Shown here: piece by piece, positions 46,411 through 54,750 of the stretch
Numbering within the stretch: position 1 is the stretch's first letter
Layout of the letters: every line of letters begins with the position of its first letter
Origin: a virus
Taxonomy: Duplodnaviria; Caudoviricetes
Strand: one strand, 5' to 3'
IMG/VR virus record: IMGVR_UViG_2700989099_000001
Span: 1 to 64,000 of that record
DNA: 64,000 bases
Notes under the pieces: generated by a model
Database searches by the model: none
What the model was told of the DNA's origin: nothing
The model's input: only the letters and a program-made list of their open reading frames with translations
Made by a program: the position numbers and the translations under genes

Positions 46411-46535
46411 CTATATACATGAGTGCGTGGTCAGCAGAGTAGCTGGTATAGAAGAATAGGCAAGTTCCGTTAAATTGTCGCCCACTTGGATGAAAAATGG
46501 TAGGTAGCTCCAAAGAAGACAGCTCATGTGTGTAG
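46411..46535 (+). ncRNA. Putative structured ncRNA
   Basis: 14-bp closing helix CTATATACATGAGT/GCTCATGTGTGTAG with internal hairpins; GC-richer intergenic DNA. Confidence 0.55.
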
Positions 46536-46540
46536 ATTTA

Positions 46541-46677
46541 TATATCGTTAGTCATGGTGGACTAATTGAGTAGCTTGATAGATGATTTTTAACGTATGAT
46601 GAGACAACTTTGTAAAGGATTCTGAGTTGCTAATTGGAGAGTGAAAAATTTTGCAGGTTCGATTCCTGTCGGTGTAG
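46541..46677 (+). ncRNA. tRNA-like RNA with ~85-nt insert replacing the anticodon arm
   Basis: Acceptor TATATCG/CGGTGTA, D-arm AGTC-ATGGTG-GACT, T-arm GCAGG-TTCGATT-CCTGT. Confidence 0.6.
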
Positions 46678-46693
46678 TTAAGGAGGTTCTCAT

Positions 46694-47195
46694 ATGAAAG
46701 AACATATTGTAATTGTTGATGAGGGTGAACACGACAACATAAATAAACTAAAAAACATAGACAATACAAAAGAATCTGTACAAGCTCTTACTGATTCTTT
46801 TGTTACAATTGGAGAGAAAATGAGAGAATTAGCAAATTCTTTACGTGATAAATCTATTGATGTTTATGACCCAATGGCAGATAAACGTAAAAAAGAACAA
46901 TCTTTTAAAAATGGTGTAAGTAATCTTAAACATATCAAAAAACGTGGAGGAAGATAATATGTTGGTTAAAGTAGGAAAAACACAGAAAACATTTGATATG
47001 AAAGGTATTTCAACGGAAGATGTTTTAATTCTATCAGAAGGTGTTAAAAAAGGAACATGGATGTTTATGCCTTCTGATTCAAGAGATGTTCCACATATTG
47101 TTTTTGATGACTTAGAGTATGCAACACAAATTGCAACAGAATTTTCTGGATTTGTATTATATGATGCAGAATTAGAAGATTATGAAGTTCTATAG
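46694..47195 (+). CDS. Two hypothetical ORFs (46694-46957, ~46959-47195)
   Basis: AGGAGG RBS. Confidence 0.6.
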
Positions 47196-47294
47196 ATATA
47201 TAGTATATAAAATAAAATGAACAAAAATTATGACTTTATTCTTGACAATAACATCATAATATGATATAATATATATAGGGTCAGGGCGCTGACC

Positions 47295-47379
47295 GTGCAC
47301 GAACTCGCCTTTAAATGTAGGGAGAATGTTGGTAATGGCTAGGCATAGCGGGTAGTGGGTTCGATTCCCACCGTGTACA
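47295..47379 (+). ncRNA. tRNA-like RNA with non-canonical anticodon arm and its own promoter
   Basis: Acceptor GTGCACG/CGTGTAC, T-arm GTGGG-TTCGATT-CCCAC; 5' hairpin GGTCAG-GGCG-CTGACC; promoter 47242-47270. Confidence 0.6.
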
Positions 47380-47418
47380 TTAAGCAATAAATGCTTTCAA
47401 AAAAAAGGAGAAAACATA

Positions 47419-48495
47419 ATGACAATTATCAATGTAAGCGACACTTATCAAATCTTTCCAGATGACCTTAAAACATTTGACAAACTTCCTAAAGGAACAT
47501 ATACAGTTCGATTTAATAAAATGGAAGGATTCTCACTTATTAAGCGTGATAATTTAACTGTTGATGAAAAGATGTATGGAAACCATAAAGAAAAAGCTGA
47601 AAAAGCTCTTAAAACATTTGGTCTCTTTAATCGTTCTATGGGTATTATTTTATCAGGAGATAAAGGTATTGGTAAAACAATGTTTACACGATATCTTGCC
47701 AATCAATTTGTTGAAACAAAAGAACTTCCTGTCATTCTCATTGACCAAGCATATTTTGGTATCGCAGACTTCCTTTCATCTATCAAACAAGAAGCAATGA
47801 TTTTATTTGATGAGTTTGAGAAAGTCTTTGATGAACGCAATGACAATTCTGAAAGTCAAGATTCACTACTCAGTTTGTTTGATGGTCTATCAAGTACAAA
47901 ACACATGTATGTGATTACTGTGAATGACCTACATAGATTGAGTAGCTTTATGCAAAATCGTACAGGACGTTTTCACTATCATTTCCGATTCAAATATCCA
48001 CGTGGACAAGAGGTTCGTGATTATATTCATGACCATGCTTCCAATGTAAGCGAAGATATTGTTGAAAAAATTGTTGATTTTAGTACGAAAGTTAAAGTTA
48101 CTTTTGACACTTTACGTTCAATTGCTTTCGAAGTTTCTAATGGCAACAGCTTTAGTGAAACAATTGAAGACTTGAACATTAGTCAAGGTGAAGCAACTAA
48201 GTATGCTGTGACACTTCGATTAGAAGATGGTCGATTGATTAAACTTCATAATCAACGTGAGATTGATTTGTTTGATGATATTGCAAACATTGATGGAGAC
48301 GTTGATGGAGAATGGTCTAAAATTCGTTTTGAGACTAAAAACGCTCATCAAAATGCAACAGGAGATGGGTATGTTGTTAAAGAGTTTGAAACGTCTACTC
48401 GATGGAATGATGATAAAGACGAATATGTATCATTAGCAATTGAAGAAGCAATTCTTAAAATTAACAATGATACAAATATTAAATATTTAGTTTAA
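47419..48495 (+). CDS. AAA+ ATPase
   Basis: GDKGIGKT Walker A, ILFDEFEK Walker B, LSLFDG, NRTGRFHY. Confidence 0.88.
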   Translation: MTIINVSDTYQIFPDDLKTFDKLPKGTYTVRFNKMEGFSLIKRDNLTVDEKMYGNHKEKAEKALKTFGLFNRSMGIILSGDKGIGKTMFTRYLANQFVETKELPVILIDQAYFGIADFLSSIKQEAMILFDEFEKVFDERNDNSESQDSLLSLFDGLSSTKHMYVITVNDLHRLSSFMQNRTGRFHYHFRFKYPRGQEVRDYIHDHASNVSEDIVEKIVDFSTKVKVTFDTLRSIAFEVSNGNSFSETIEDLNISQGEATKYAVTLRLEDGRLIKLHNQREIDLFDDIANIDGDVDGEWSKIRFETKNAHQNATGDGYVVKEFETSTRWNDDKDEYVSLAIEEAILKINNDTNIKYLV

Positions 48496-48523
48496 AAAAT
48501 ATTAGACACGAAAGTGTCTATAA

Positions 48524-48596
48524 GGTTCTTTAGCTTAACTGGTAAAGCCCTCCGCTCATAACGGAGTAAGTGCAGGTTCAAGTCCTGCAAGAACCA
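48524..48596 (+). tRNA. tRNA-Met (CAT), elongator or Ile2
   Basis: GGTTCTT/AAGAACC acceptor; CTCCG-CTCATAA-CGGAG; GCAGG-TTCAAGT-CCTGC. Confidence 0.9.
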
Positions 48597-48644
48597 TTCC
48601 CTAAAGGGAAAATAGAAAGACAGATAGAAAGAGAGGTACTAACC

Positions 48645-50263
48645 ATGATTTTAAAATATGGAGTACATAACGGTAAAGGAGAAACAGTTGTTAATATCGT
48701 AGACAACATCACAAGTGTAGAGGAGATTGAAGGAAGTAATGCCCCAATCTTCCACCATGAACGAGGAGAGAAACCTCAGACATATTTCGGCAATCTCAAA
48801 GAGAATGAATATATTATCTTTATGTATTTAATGAACGATGATTTTAAGACAATTAAGATTTATAAGAGGGCTTAAACATGAAGAAAAGAATTAAACAAGA
48901 AGTTGTTTTTAGTTCCAAAGAAGTTAAAGAGATAACAGGATTTGAGCTGAAAAACACATGGGGAGACTTCTATTTTGAACAAGATGGGGGCGAACCGATT
49001 TGGGAAGTGTTGGATGCTACAGATAAGGAAGAATTTAATAAAGCCTTCGGAATGTGTATGGATGAAATAAAAAGAATTTTGAAAGATTATGTTAGTAAAA
49101 ATTTTGTTGGTGACTTTTACCTCATAGTGCAAGAGGGTAGCATTCATTATAGAGCATCTAATTATACTTCTCAATTTCATTCTAATAATAATAGTGAAAT
49201 ATTCTTTTATTATGAAGATACAGATACTATAGAGGTTTAAACATGAAACGCATGAAAACACAGACTACATTGTTTGATATGTAAGGAGAAAATATGGATA
49301 CAACAACTGCATTAAAAATAACAGTAACAGCTGTGATTGCGTATCTCTTTGAGTATGGATGGTATAAGAGTGTTGAGTGGATTTCTGAATGGAATTATAC
49401 ATGTGGAATGATATGGTTATTAGTGACATTTGCGATACAATTATTTTTAATTCTTAGATTTACTGATGATTTTCTTGATTTATTTTAAAGTTTATGCTTG
49501 ACATTCTATAAATAATATGATATAATATTTATATAACGTAAGGAGAAAAACATGACAAAAAACACAAAAAACATCGAATATCAAACAATGGTAGAAGAAA
49601 TCATTCTAGGTCGTGTTGTTGTTATTGTTCCAGACAATATGCAAGATTATTCTAGGTTAAATAAAAAACTAATTAATGATGGAGTTCATTATGCAAATCT
49701 ATGGCTTGACTTACATATGCCAAAAGACCGAATCAACATAATCAAATTAAGTACTTCTAACGGTCGTGAAGCACTCAAACTTAAACCATTAACATTCTTT
49801 ACTGTTACAGACCCTTATACTATGGAAGCTCTTGAAATCTATGGAAATAAGAGTGATATTCTATACATTAGTATGGATGGAAAAGGCAATTTGCTGGATG
49901 TAACAGATGATTTAGAATATATTTATAACCAATTCTTTCAACCTTTTCAATATCTTGAAGAAGTTCGAGGAGATTTAGAAGATTAATTTATATAAAAAAT
50001 ATGGAGAGGACTTAGAAATGAATTTAAAAATTAAAATTACAGTATCTTATTCAAGGTATGATATGGATGATTTTAATGATGGTAGCAAAATTAACTTTGT
50101 AGTTGATATACCAATGAAAAATATCAAGGATAAAAATAAGTTACACTTTCTATTAACTTATTTTTGTAGTGAATCAGCAAGAAATTTGCTTATTGCAAAC
50201 GATATTGAGTTCAGAGAATATATGATTAGGACTGAATATTTAGAGAAATCAATGCCAGTATAA
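48645..50263 (+). CDS. Hypothetical ORFs (48645-48875, 48878-49240, 49294-49488, 49552-49986, 50018-50263)
   Basis: RBS present; first ORF restarted at ATG 48645 to avoid overlapping the tRNA. Confidence 0.6.
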
Positions 50264-50342
50264 AATAATTTAAAAAATTTCAACTTTATGCTTGACATTA
50301 TATCAAAATTATGGTATAATATTAATATAGAGTTGATAATAA

Positions 50343-50415
50343 GTTCGGTTAGTGTAATTGGATAACACACAGAATTTCTAATTCTGTACTCTGGATTCGA
50401 GTTCCAGACTGAGCA
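50343..50415 (+). tRNA. tRNA-Arg (TCT)
   Basis: GTTCGGT/ACTGAGC; CAGAA-TTTCTAA-TTCTG; CTGGA-TTCGAGT-TCCAG; promoter 50292-50320. Confidence 0.85.
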
Positions 50416-50450
50416 TTGTAATTAAATTACATGATTTCTTTATTAGATTA

Positions 50451-50541
50451 AATAAAGTGGTGGAGGTACAGATGAATCTGTAACGCACACATGTGTTGGG
50501 GGTACGGTAAGTGTTGTGGCTTATCGCTCAACCATTTTATT
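50451..50541 (+). ncRNA. Putative multi-branch structured RNA
   Basis: Closing helix AATAAAGTGGT.GAG/CTC.ACCATTTTATT with three internal hairpins. Confidence 0.5.
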
Positions 50542-50543
50542 AA

Positions 50544-50889
50544 GGGGATGTAAAGGTTTCGACAGACTATGGCAATCTCAAATCACATTCCGACAGGGAT
50601 AGTCGTAAAAACCAAACTAAATATAATTGCAAATACTCAATTAGCTGTAGCCTAAGCTACAAAAAAGTTTAAGTAATTAAACAGCTAGTAACTGAGACAT
50701 CGGTAGGTTACTAGTACAAAACAGATGTGTGATGGATTCTGATAAGTCACGATTAACAATCAGAACAGCGTTAGTAGATAGTTGTTTATTCAAGAAACTA
50801 ACAATGTGTATCAAATGAATAGACTATGAATGTAAGAAAGTTTTAAGATATGTATAGTTTGGACGCGGATTCGATTTCCGCCATCTCCA
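50544..50889 (+). ncRNA. ssrA: tmRNA; tag ORF 50629-50655 encodes ANTQLAVA*
   Basis: 5' GGGGATGTAAAGGTTTCGAC; 3' GGACGCGGATTCGATTTCCGCCATCTCCA; G3:U acceptor pair; ATAATT upstream of the resume codon GCA. Confidence 0.92.
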
Positions 50890-51058
50890 TTGGATTGTCT
50901 AATGATATGGCAAAGTTCATATCACAATCCTGTTTTACCTCTCTATTGTTCTAGGCGATATAGAGCGATAAATTTAGAGTGACTTCTGGATTTATCAGGT
51001 CGCATTCGGATTGTCTGTAGCGTCTAGTCAACGTTCTGTACAAGAGGTTGTGAAAAAA

Positions 51059-51126
51059 GCGTATGAGTTATCTGGGGGTAATCCTTACAAAGGTAAGGGC
51101 GGTTGGTTCGATTCCTTCCATACGTA
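51059..51126 (+). ncRNA. tRNA-like RNA with a tetraloop in place of the anticodon loop
   Basis: GCGTATG/CATACGT acceptor; GTTATC-TGGG-GGTAAT; CCTTAC-AAAG-GTAAGG; GG-TTCGATT-CC T-loop. Confidence 0.5.
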
Positions 51127-51213
51127 TTATCTTTAAAAATAATTTAAAGAAAATGTTACTTTATCCTTGACAAAACATTCTGAATATGTTATAATAGTAT
51201 ATGTAGTTAATAT

Positions 51214-51286
51214 GACTCATTGGTGTAGCGGTTATCACACTTGCCTGTCACGCAAGAGAGCATGGGTTCGAATCCCATATGGGTCG
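51214..51286 (+). tRNA. tRNA-Asp (GTC)
   Basis: GACTCAT/ATGGGTC; CTTGC-CTGTCAC-GCAAG; ATGGG-TTCGAAT-CCCAT; G73; promoter 51167-51195. Confidence 0.92.
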
Positions 51287-51639
51287 TAATTAACTGAGGA
51301 CGGAACAGGCAACCGTCACACCCTAGCGGTTTAAAGAGATGTGGGAAATGCCAACCTACCAGTTAATTTAAATAAGTATTAACAAAGTGCCAGAGGTGGT
51401 TCTCCTCTGAGATTCCCTGTTAATACTTATCCAAGTCCTCACATCCAGTTATGGTGACTGGTAGCCAAAAAGGCTTTAATAGGGAGTAGGTGCGGAACGT
51501 ACAAAGACGATTCTGACTGATAAGTCATGAGACTTCAAAATTTAGCGGTGGAGAAGTTGTGTTGTCGGAGTAAAGGGATTCGTTGACGAGCAGACGTCTA
51601 ACCAACGGACTCGATGTATCAATGCGTGCCGATTTTTTC

Positions 51640-51708
51640 ACGGATGTGGTAGTAAGTAACTACAGAGGGTCGCCACCTTTCATGCAGGTTCAAGTCCTGC
51701 TGTCTGTG
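51640..51708 (+). pseudogene. Degenerate tRNA (Gly-GCC-like)
   Basis: ACGGATG/TGTCTGT; GTAG/CTAC D-stem; GAGGG-TCGCCAC-CTTTC (C33, 2-nt variable region); intact T-arm. Confidence 0.55.
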
Positions 51709-51966
51709 TACAGGTATTTTATTACTTTATTAGACCTGAATTGAGGTATTCAACCTCTGAGACTACCAGATAGTGCACACAAGAATGAAGACTGGTAGGA
51801 GAAGTAAAAGTAACGTCACTTTAGAATACGAGAGCTAGAGAGGTTTCCTCCCAGACCACAAGGGAACAAAAAAGGTTTCAATACCAAACTGAGGTCAAAA
51901 TGACTTGTGAACATATACAGTTTACGCACCATACAGAGTAGGTGACGTTCGAAAAGTTCACTTTAA

Positions 51967-52116
51967 TGGGAATTAGGCGATGGGTAAATCCGCCTGCTAA
52001 GCAGGAGTGTTATAGAATAAAGTAAAGGATAACGCAGTTGGTGACTGGTACGTAACGGTTACTGGTTTGTGCCAAGAAATATTTTGACAGAGTTGGTTCG
52101 AGTCCAACATTCCCAA
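51967..52116 (+). ncRNA. 150-nt tRNA-like RNA (Ser-GCT-like loop) with three extra hairpins
   Basis: TGGGAAT/ATTCCCA acceptor; CTGCTAA loop; GTTGG-TTCGAGT-CCAAC T-arm. Confidence 0.6.
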
Positions 52117-52175
52117 TAGGTGTTGCTTATTCACCGTATAATAAGCTAGAAAAGTAAGTATAGTAGGTAAACAAA

Positions 52176-52691
52176 ATGACAAATCCAATTTTAATTAAAG
52201 ATTTAAACTGGCAACTGAAAGAATATAGAGATATTCTAACAGATATTATTAAATTATCTGCACGTTCTGATGACCAAGCAAATTCAGCTAAGAATCTATT
52301 ATTTCAATTATTTTATAATACAGAATGGATGATTCAAATGTATGCTGGTAATTATGAAGAAAAATCGTATGGAGATTCCGAAGATTTAAGTTTCAAAGAA
52401 GGAAGAGTTTCTCAAAATATTATAAAATATATTATGGACAACTTCAAAGGCATTCCAAATACAAAAGATAGTTTAAATAAATTAACTAATAAAGAGAAAG
52501 AATTTTTAAATCCTTTTGAAGACTTATTGTCTATTGCTCACAAAATGATAAGAGCTGTTGTGGATTATTCAGACAGCCATGCAGACAACAAAGTTTTAGA
52601 TAGAACGGATGTGTCACCTATGGGAATCTTGTATTTTATAGATGAACTAAAAAAAAGAACTAACTATGCTATGGAAAAAGAAATGTACTAA
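52176..52691 (+). CDS. Hypothetical protein embedded in the tRNA cluster
   Basis: 171-aa AT-rich ORF between RNA genes. Confidence 0.7.
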   Translation: MTNPILIKDLNWQLKEYRDILTDIIKLSARSDDQANSAKNLLFQLFYNTEWMIQMYAGNYEEKSYGDSEDLSFKEGRVSQNIIKYIMDNFKGIPNTKDSLNKLTNKEKEFLNPFEDLLSIAHKMIRAVVDYSDSHADNKVLDRTDVSPMGILYFIDELKKRTNYAMEKEMY

Positions 52692-52830
52692 TTTAGGTGA
52701 CTCACTGCCTATATCCCAAATGTGAAGCTTAAAAGGGGTTAATAACACTATTCCCTAGGTTTGACTCCTTAAAAATTATCGGTAAGCGATGATTGCAAAA
52801 TCCATAGGGGATAGCGCAAGAGTGTTTTAT

Positions 52831-52904
52831 TGATTGGTAACTCAGTTGGTTAGAGTGCTTGACTATTAATCAAGAAGTCGTGAGTTCGAATCTCACCCAA
52901 TCAG
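52831..52904 (+). tRNA. tRNA-Asn with ATT anticodon
   Basis: TGATTGG/CCAATCA, G73; CTTGA-CTATTAA-TCAAG; GTGAG-TTCGAAT-CTCAC. Confidence 0.85.
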
Positions 52905-52969
52905 TATGTAAGAGCTGTGCACGGTTACTTACAGAGTTAGGTCAAAGGAGTAATTAACCTTAACCAAAC

Positions 52970-53023
52970 GGCTTGTTTTTGGTAATAATATGCGTTAACT
53001 GAGTTCGATTCTCAGGCAAGTCT
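52970..53023 (+). ncRNA. Minihelix-like tRNA remnant (acceptor plus T-arm only)
   Basis: GGCTTGT/GCAAGTC; CTGAG-TTCGATT-CTCAG; only 22 nt in between. Confidence 0.5.
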
Positions 53024-53026
53024 TAT

Positions 53027-53108
53027 ATGCAATCAGTCCTTGGCAGAGAGCCTGTTCACATCAGGTGCGACAAATAGGGTTCGAATCCCTATACATGTGA
53101 GGTTGCAT
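53027..53108 (+). ncRNA. tRNA-like RNA (CAC loop) with displaced acceptor stem
   Basis: ATGCAATC/GGTTGCAT closing helix; GCCTG-TTCACAT-CAGGT; ATAGGG-TTCGAAT-CCCTAT. Confidence 0.45.
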
Positions 53109-53113
53109 TTTAA

Positions 53114-53184
53114 ATCTATTTAGTGTAGTGGTAACACATCAGATTCCAAACCTGATAACGTGGGTTCGATTCCTACAATGGATG
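53114..53184 (+). tRNA. tRNA-Trp (CCA)
   Basis: ATCTATT/AATGGAT; TCAGA-TTCCAAA-CCTGA; GTGGG-TTCGATT-CCTAC. Confidence 0.85.
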
Positions 53185-53400
53185 TTCTATATGTGTGCAA
53201 GTTTCTTGTGAGAGAAGTGGTGTTAAATGCGGAAGATATCTAACAGCCATATAGAAAACAACACATCAGAATACAACTCTATATAGGTATTTTTGATTGG
53301 CAATCTTGGTGGTAATCGTTATAGAGACGGTAAGTCCGAAAATGATGGGAAAGGTGTTGTATGCCTGTCTACGAGAGTGTTCAAGAAACTCTCATTTTAT

Positions 53401-53472
53401 ACGGGGTGGGTGGCAAGGTCGTCACGCTTGGCTCATAACCAAGAAAGAGCGGTTCGATTCCGTTACCCCGAA
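53401..53472 (+). tRNA. tRNA-Met (CAT), initiator-like (1:72 mismatch)
   Basis: ACGGGGT/ACCCCGA; CTTGG-CTCATAA-CCAAG; AGCGG-TTCGATT-CCGTT. Confidence 0.8.
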
Positions 53473-53607
53473 TATTACTGAAAGGTAAGAACCGAATGTC
53501 CAAAATATACATGTCAATTTGGAGGTCTACGGTATAGAAAACGTTCTTGTGGGTGTGATTGTTCCGTATGGGAACTTGACCATAAATTGTTCGATAACCC
53601 CTTGCCA

Positions 53608-53674
53608 GAGAGAGTGGTCTAATGTAGGGCGCTTGAAATTTCATGAGTTATGAGTTCAAATCTCATCTCTTTCA
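53608..53674 (+). pseudogene. Degenerate tRNA-like element
   Basis: GAGAGAG/CTCTTTC; ATGAG-TTCAAAT-CTCAT; anticodon arm irregular (CTTGAAA remnant). Confidence 0.45.
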
Positions 53675-53785
53675 TATATTGGTCTTGATAGATAATGTGA
53701 AGGTTATATTAGCTAGTCTATGATATAACTCAAAAAACTACTCGCACGGTACTCGATTTGTAGTTTGCCAATACACAATTTGGTT

Positions 53786-53862
53786 TCCCATTTCGTTTAA
53801 ACATTGGAATAAGACTGCCTATTCGAGAACAGGCAACCTCGGTTCGATTCCGAGGGTGGGAA
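53786..53862 (+). ncRNA. tRNA-like RNA with enlarged anticodon loop
   Basis: TCCCATT/GGTGGGA; GTTT/AGAC D-stem; TGCCT-10 nt-AGGCA; CTCGG-TTCGATT-CCGAG. Confidence 0.55.
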
Positions 53863-53958
53863 TTTAATTTGAAATATTATTACTTATCTCTTGACAAACT
53901 CATTTGATTATGGTATAATAGTATATGTAAGTTAAAAAAAACGTAAGGAGAACATAAT

Positions 53959-54066
53959 ATGGGGTGCATAATTCCAATTGTATTAATTTTATTATTTATA
54001 GCAAATCCAGTTCTGGGTTTAGTCGCAACGGTTATTGTATTAGCAATAGCAAGTCTTAAAAAATAA
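53959..54066 (+). CDS. 35-aa hydrophobic membrane peptide (not in ORF track)
   Basis: AAGGAG RBS after promoter 53891-53919; MGCIIPIVLILLFIANPVLGLVATVIVLAIASLKK. Confidence 0.65.
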   Translation: MGCIIPIVLILLFIANPVLGLVATVIVLAIASLKK

Positions 54067-54080
54067 GGAGAATAAACACA

Positions 54081-54737
54081 ATGACACAAAACAAAACACT
54101 CTCAGTACAAGAAGCACTCAATGAACTTAAAGTCCTCGACAAACGCATTGAACGTAAACTTGGAGACACTAAATATGTAGGTGTTGTTCAAGAAGACAAA
54201 CTTGTTTATCCTGCATCATCAAAAGGTGATAAAGATAAATTCATTTCAGATGCAAAATCTAGTATTGATTCATTGCTTGACTTGATTGCTTATCGTCATG
54301 CTTTGAAAGCTGGTGTATTACGTTCTAATGCGTTAACAGAAATTGTAATTGGAGACAAAAAAATGACAGTTGCGGAAGCAATTGACTACAAAACTTCAAT
54401 CCAAAGTGAAAAAGATTTGGTTCAAACTCTTGTTAATGATTTGACTCAGGCAACAACTAAGATGACACGTATTAACAGTGACATTGATATGGCTCTCGAA
54501 AAGAAACAAAATAGTTTATTGAGTTCAGAAAAAGATGATAAAAGCTCTGAGTTTATTAAATTCTTGAAAGAACAAGCTGAGAGAGAAAAAGCAACAGTTC
54601 TTGAATTGGAAGTTGGTAAAGCTCTTGTAAGTGATTACACTAAAGCTAAACTTGATTCAATTGAACAATTTGAACAAACAGTTGATTTCAAATTAACTGC
54701 ATCAAATGTTTCAACAGAAATTACCGTTGAGTGGTAA
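54081..54737 (+). CDS. Coiled-coil protein resembling the DIP1984/DUF6847-type family
   Basis: LSVQEALNELKVLDKRI...SNALTEIVIG..MTVAEAI...DFKLTASNVSTEITV; family recalled, not searched. Confidence 0.7.
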   Translation: MTQNKTLSVQEALNELKVLDKRIERKLGDTKYVGVVQEDKLVYPASSKGDKDKFISDAKSSIDSLLDLIAYRHALKAGVLRSNALTEIVIGDKKMTVAEAIDYKTSIQSEKDLVQTLVNDLTQATTKMTRINSDIDMALEKKQNSLLSSEKDDKSSEFIKFLKEQAEREKATVLELEVGKALVSDYTKAKLDSIEQFEQTVDFKLTASNVSTEITVEW

Positions 54738-54750
54738 TAATTAAGTTATA

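Noticed and set aside
51288-52116. Specific assignment as GOLLD or ROOL RNA
   Set aside because: The context fits, but I cannot match diagnostic motifs by eye and the region is interrupted by tRNA-like units; needs cmsearch
53293-53644. ORFs 53293-53481, 53297-53488, 53381-53644 (likewise 51997-52188, 46548-46769, 47190-47387)
   Set aside because: They overlap tRNA or tRNA-like genes and lack an RBS
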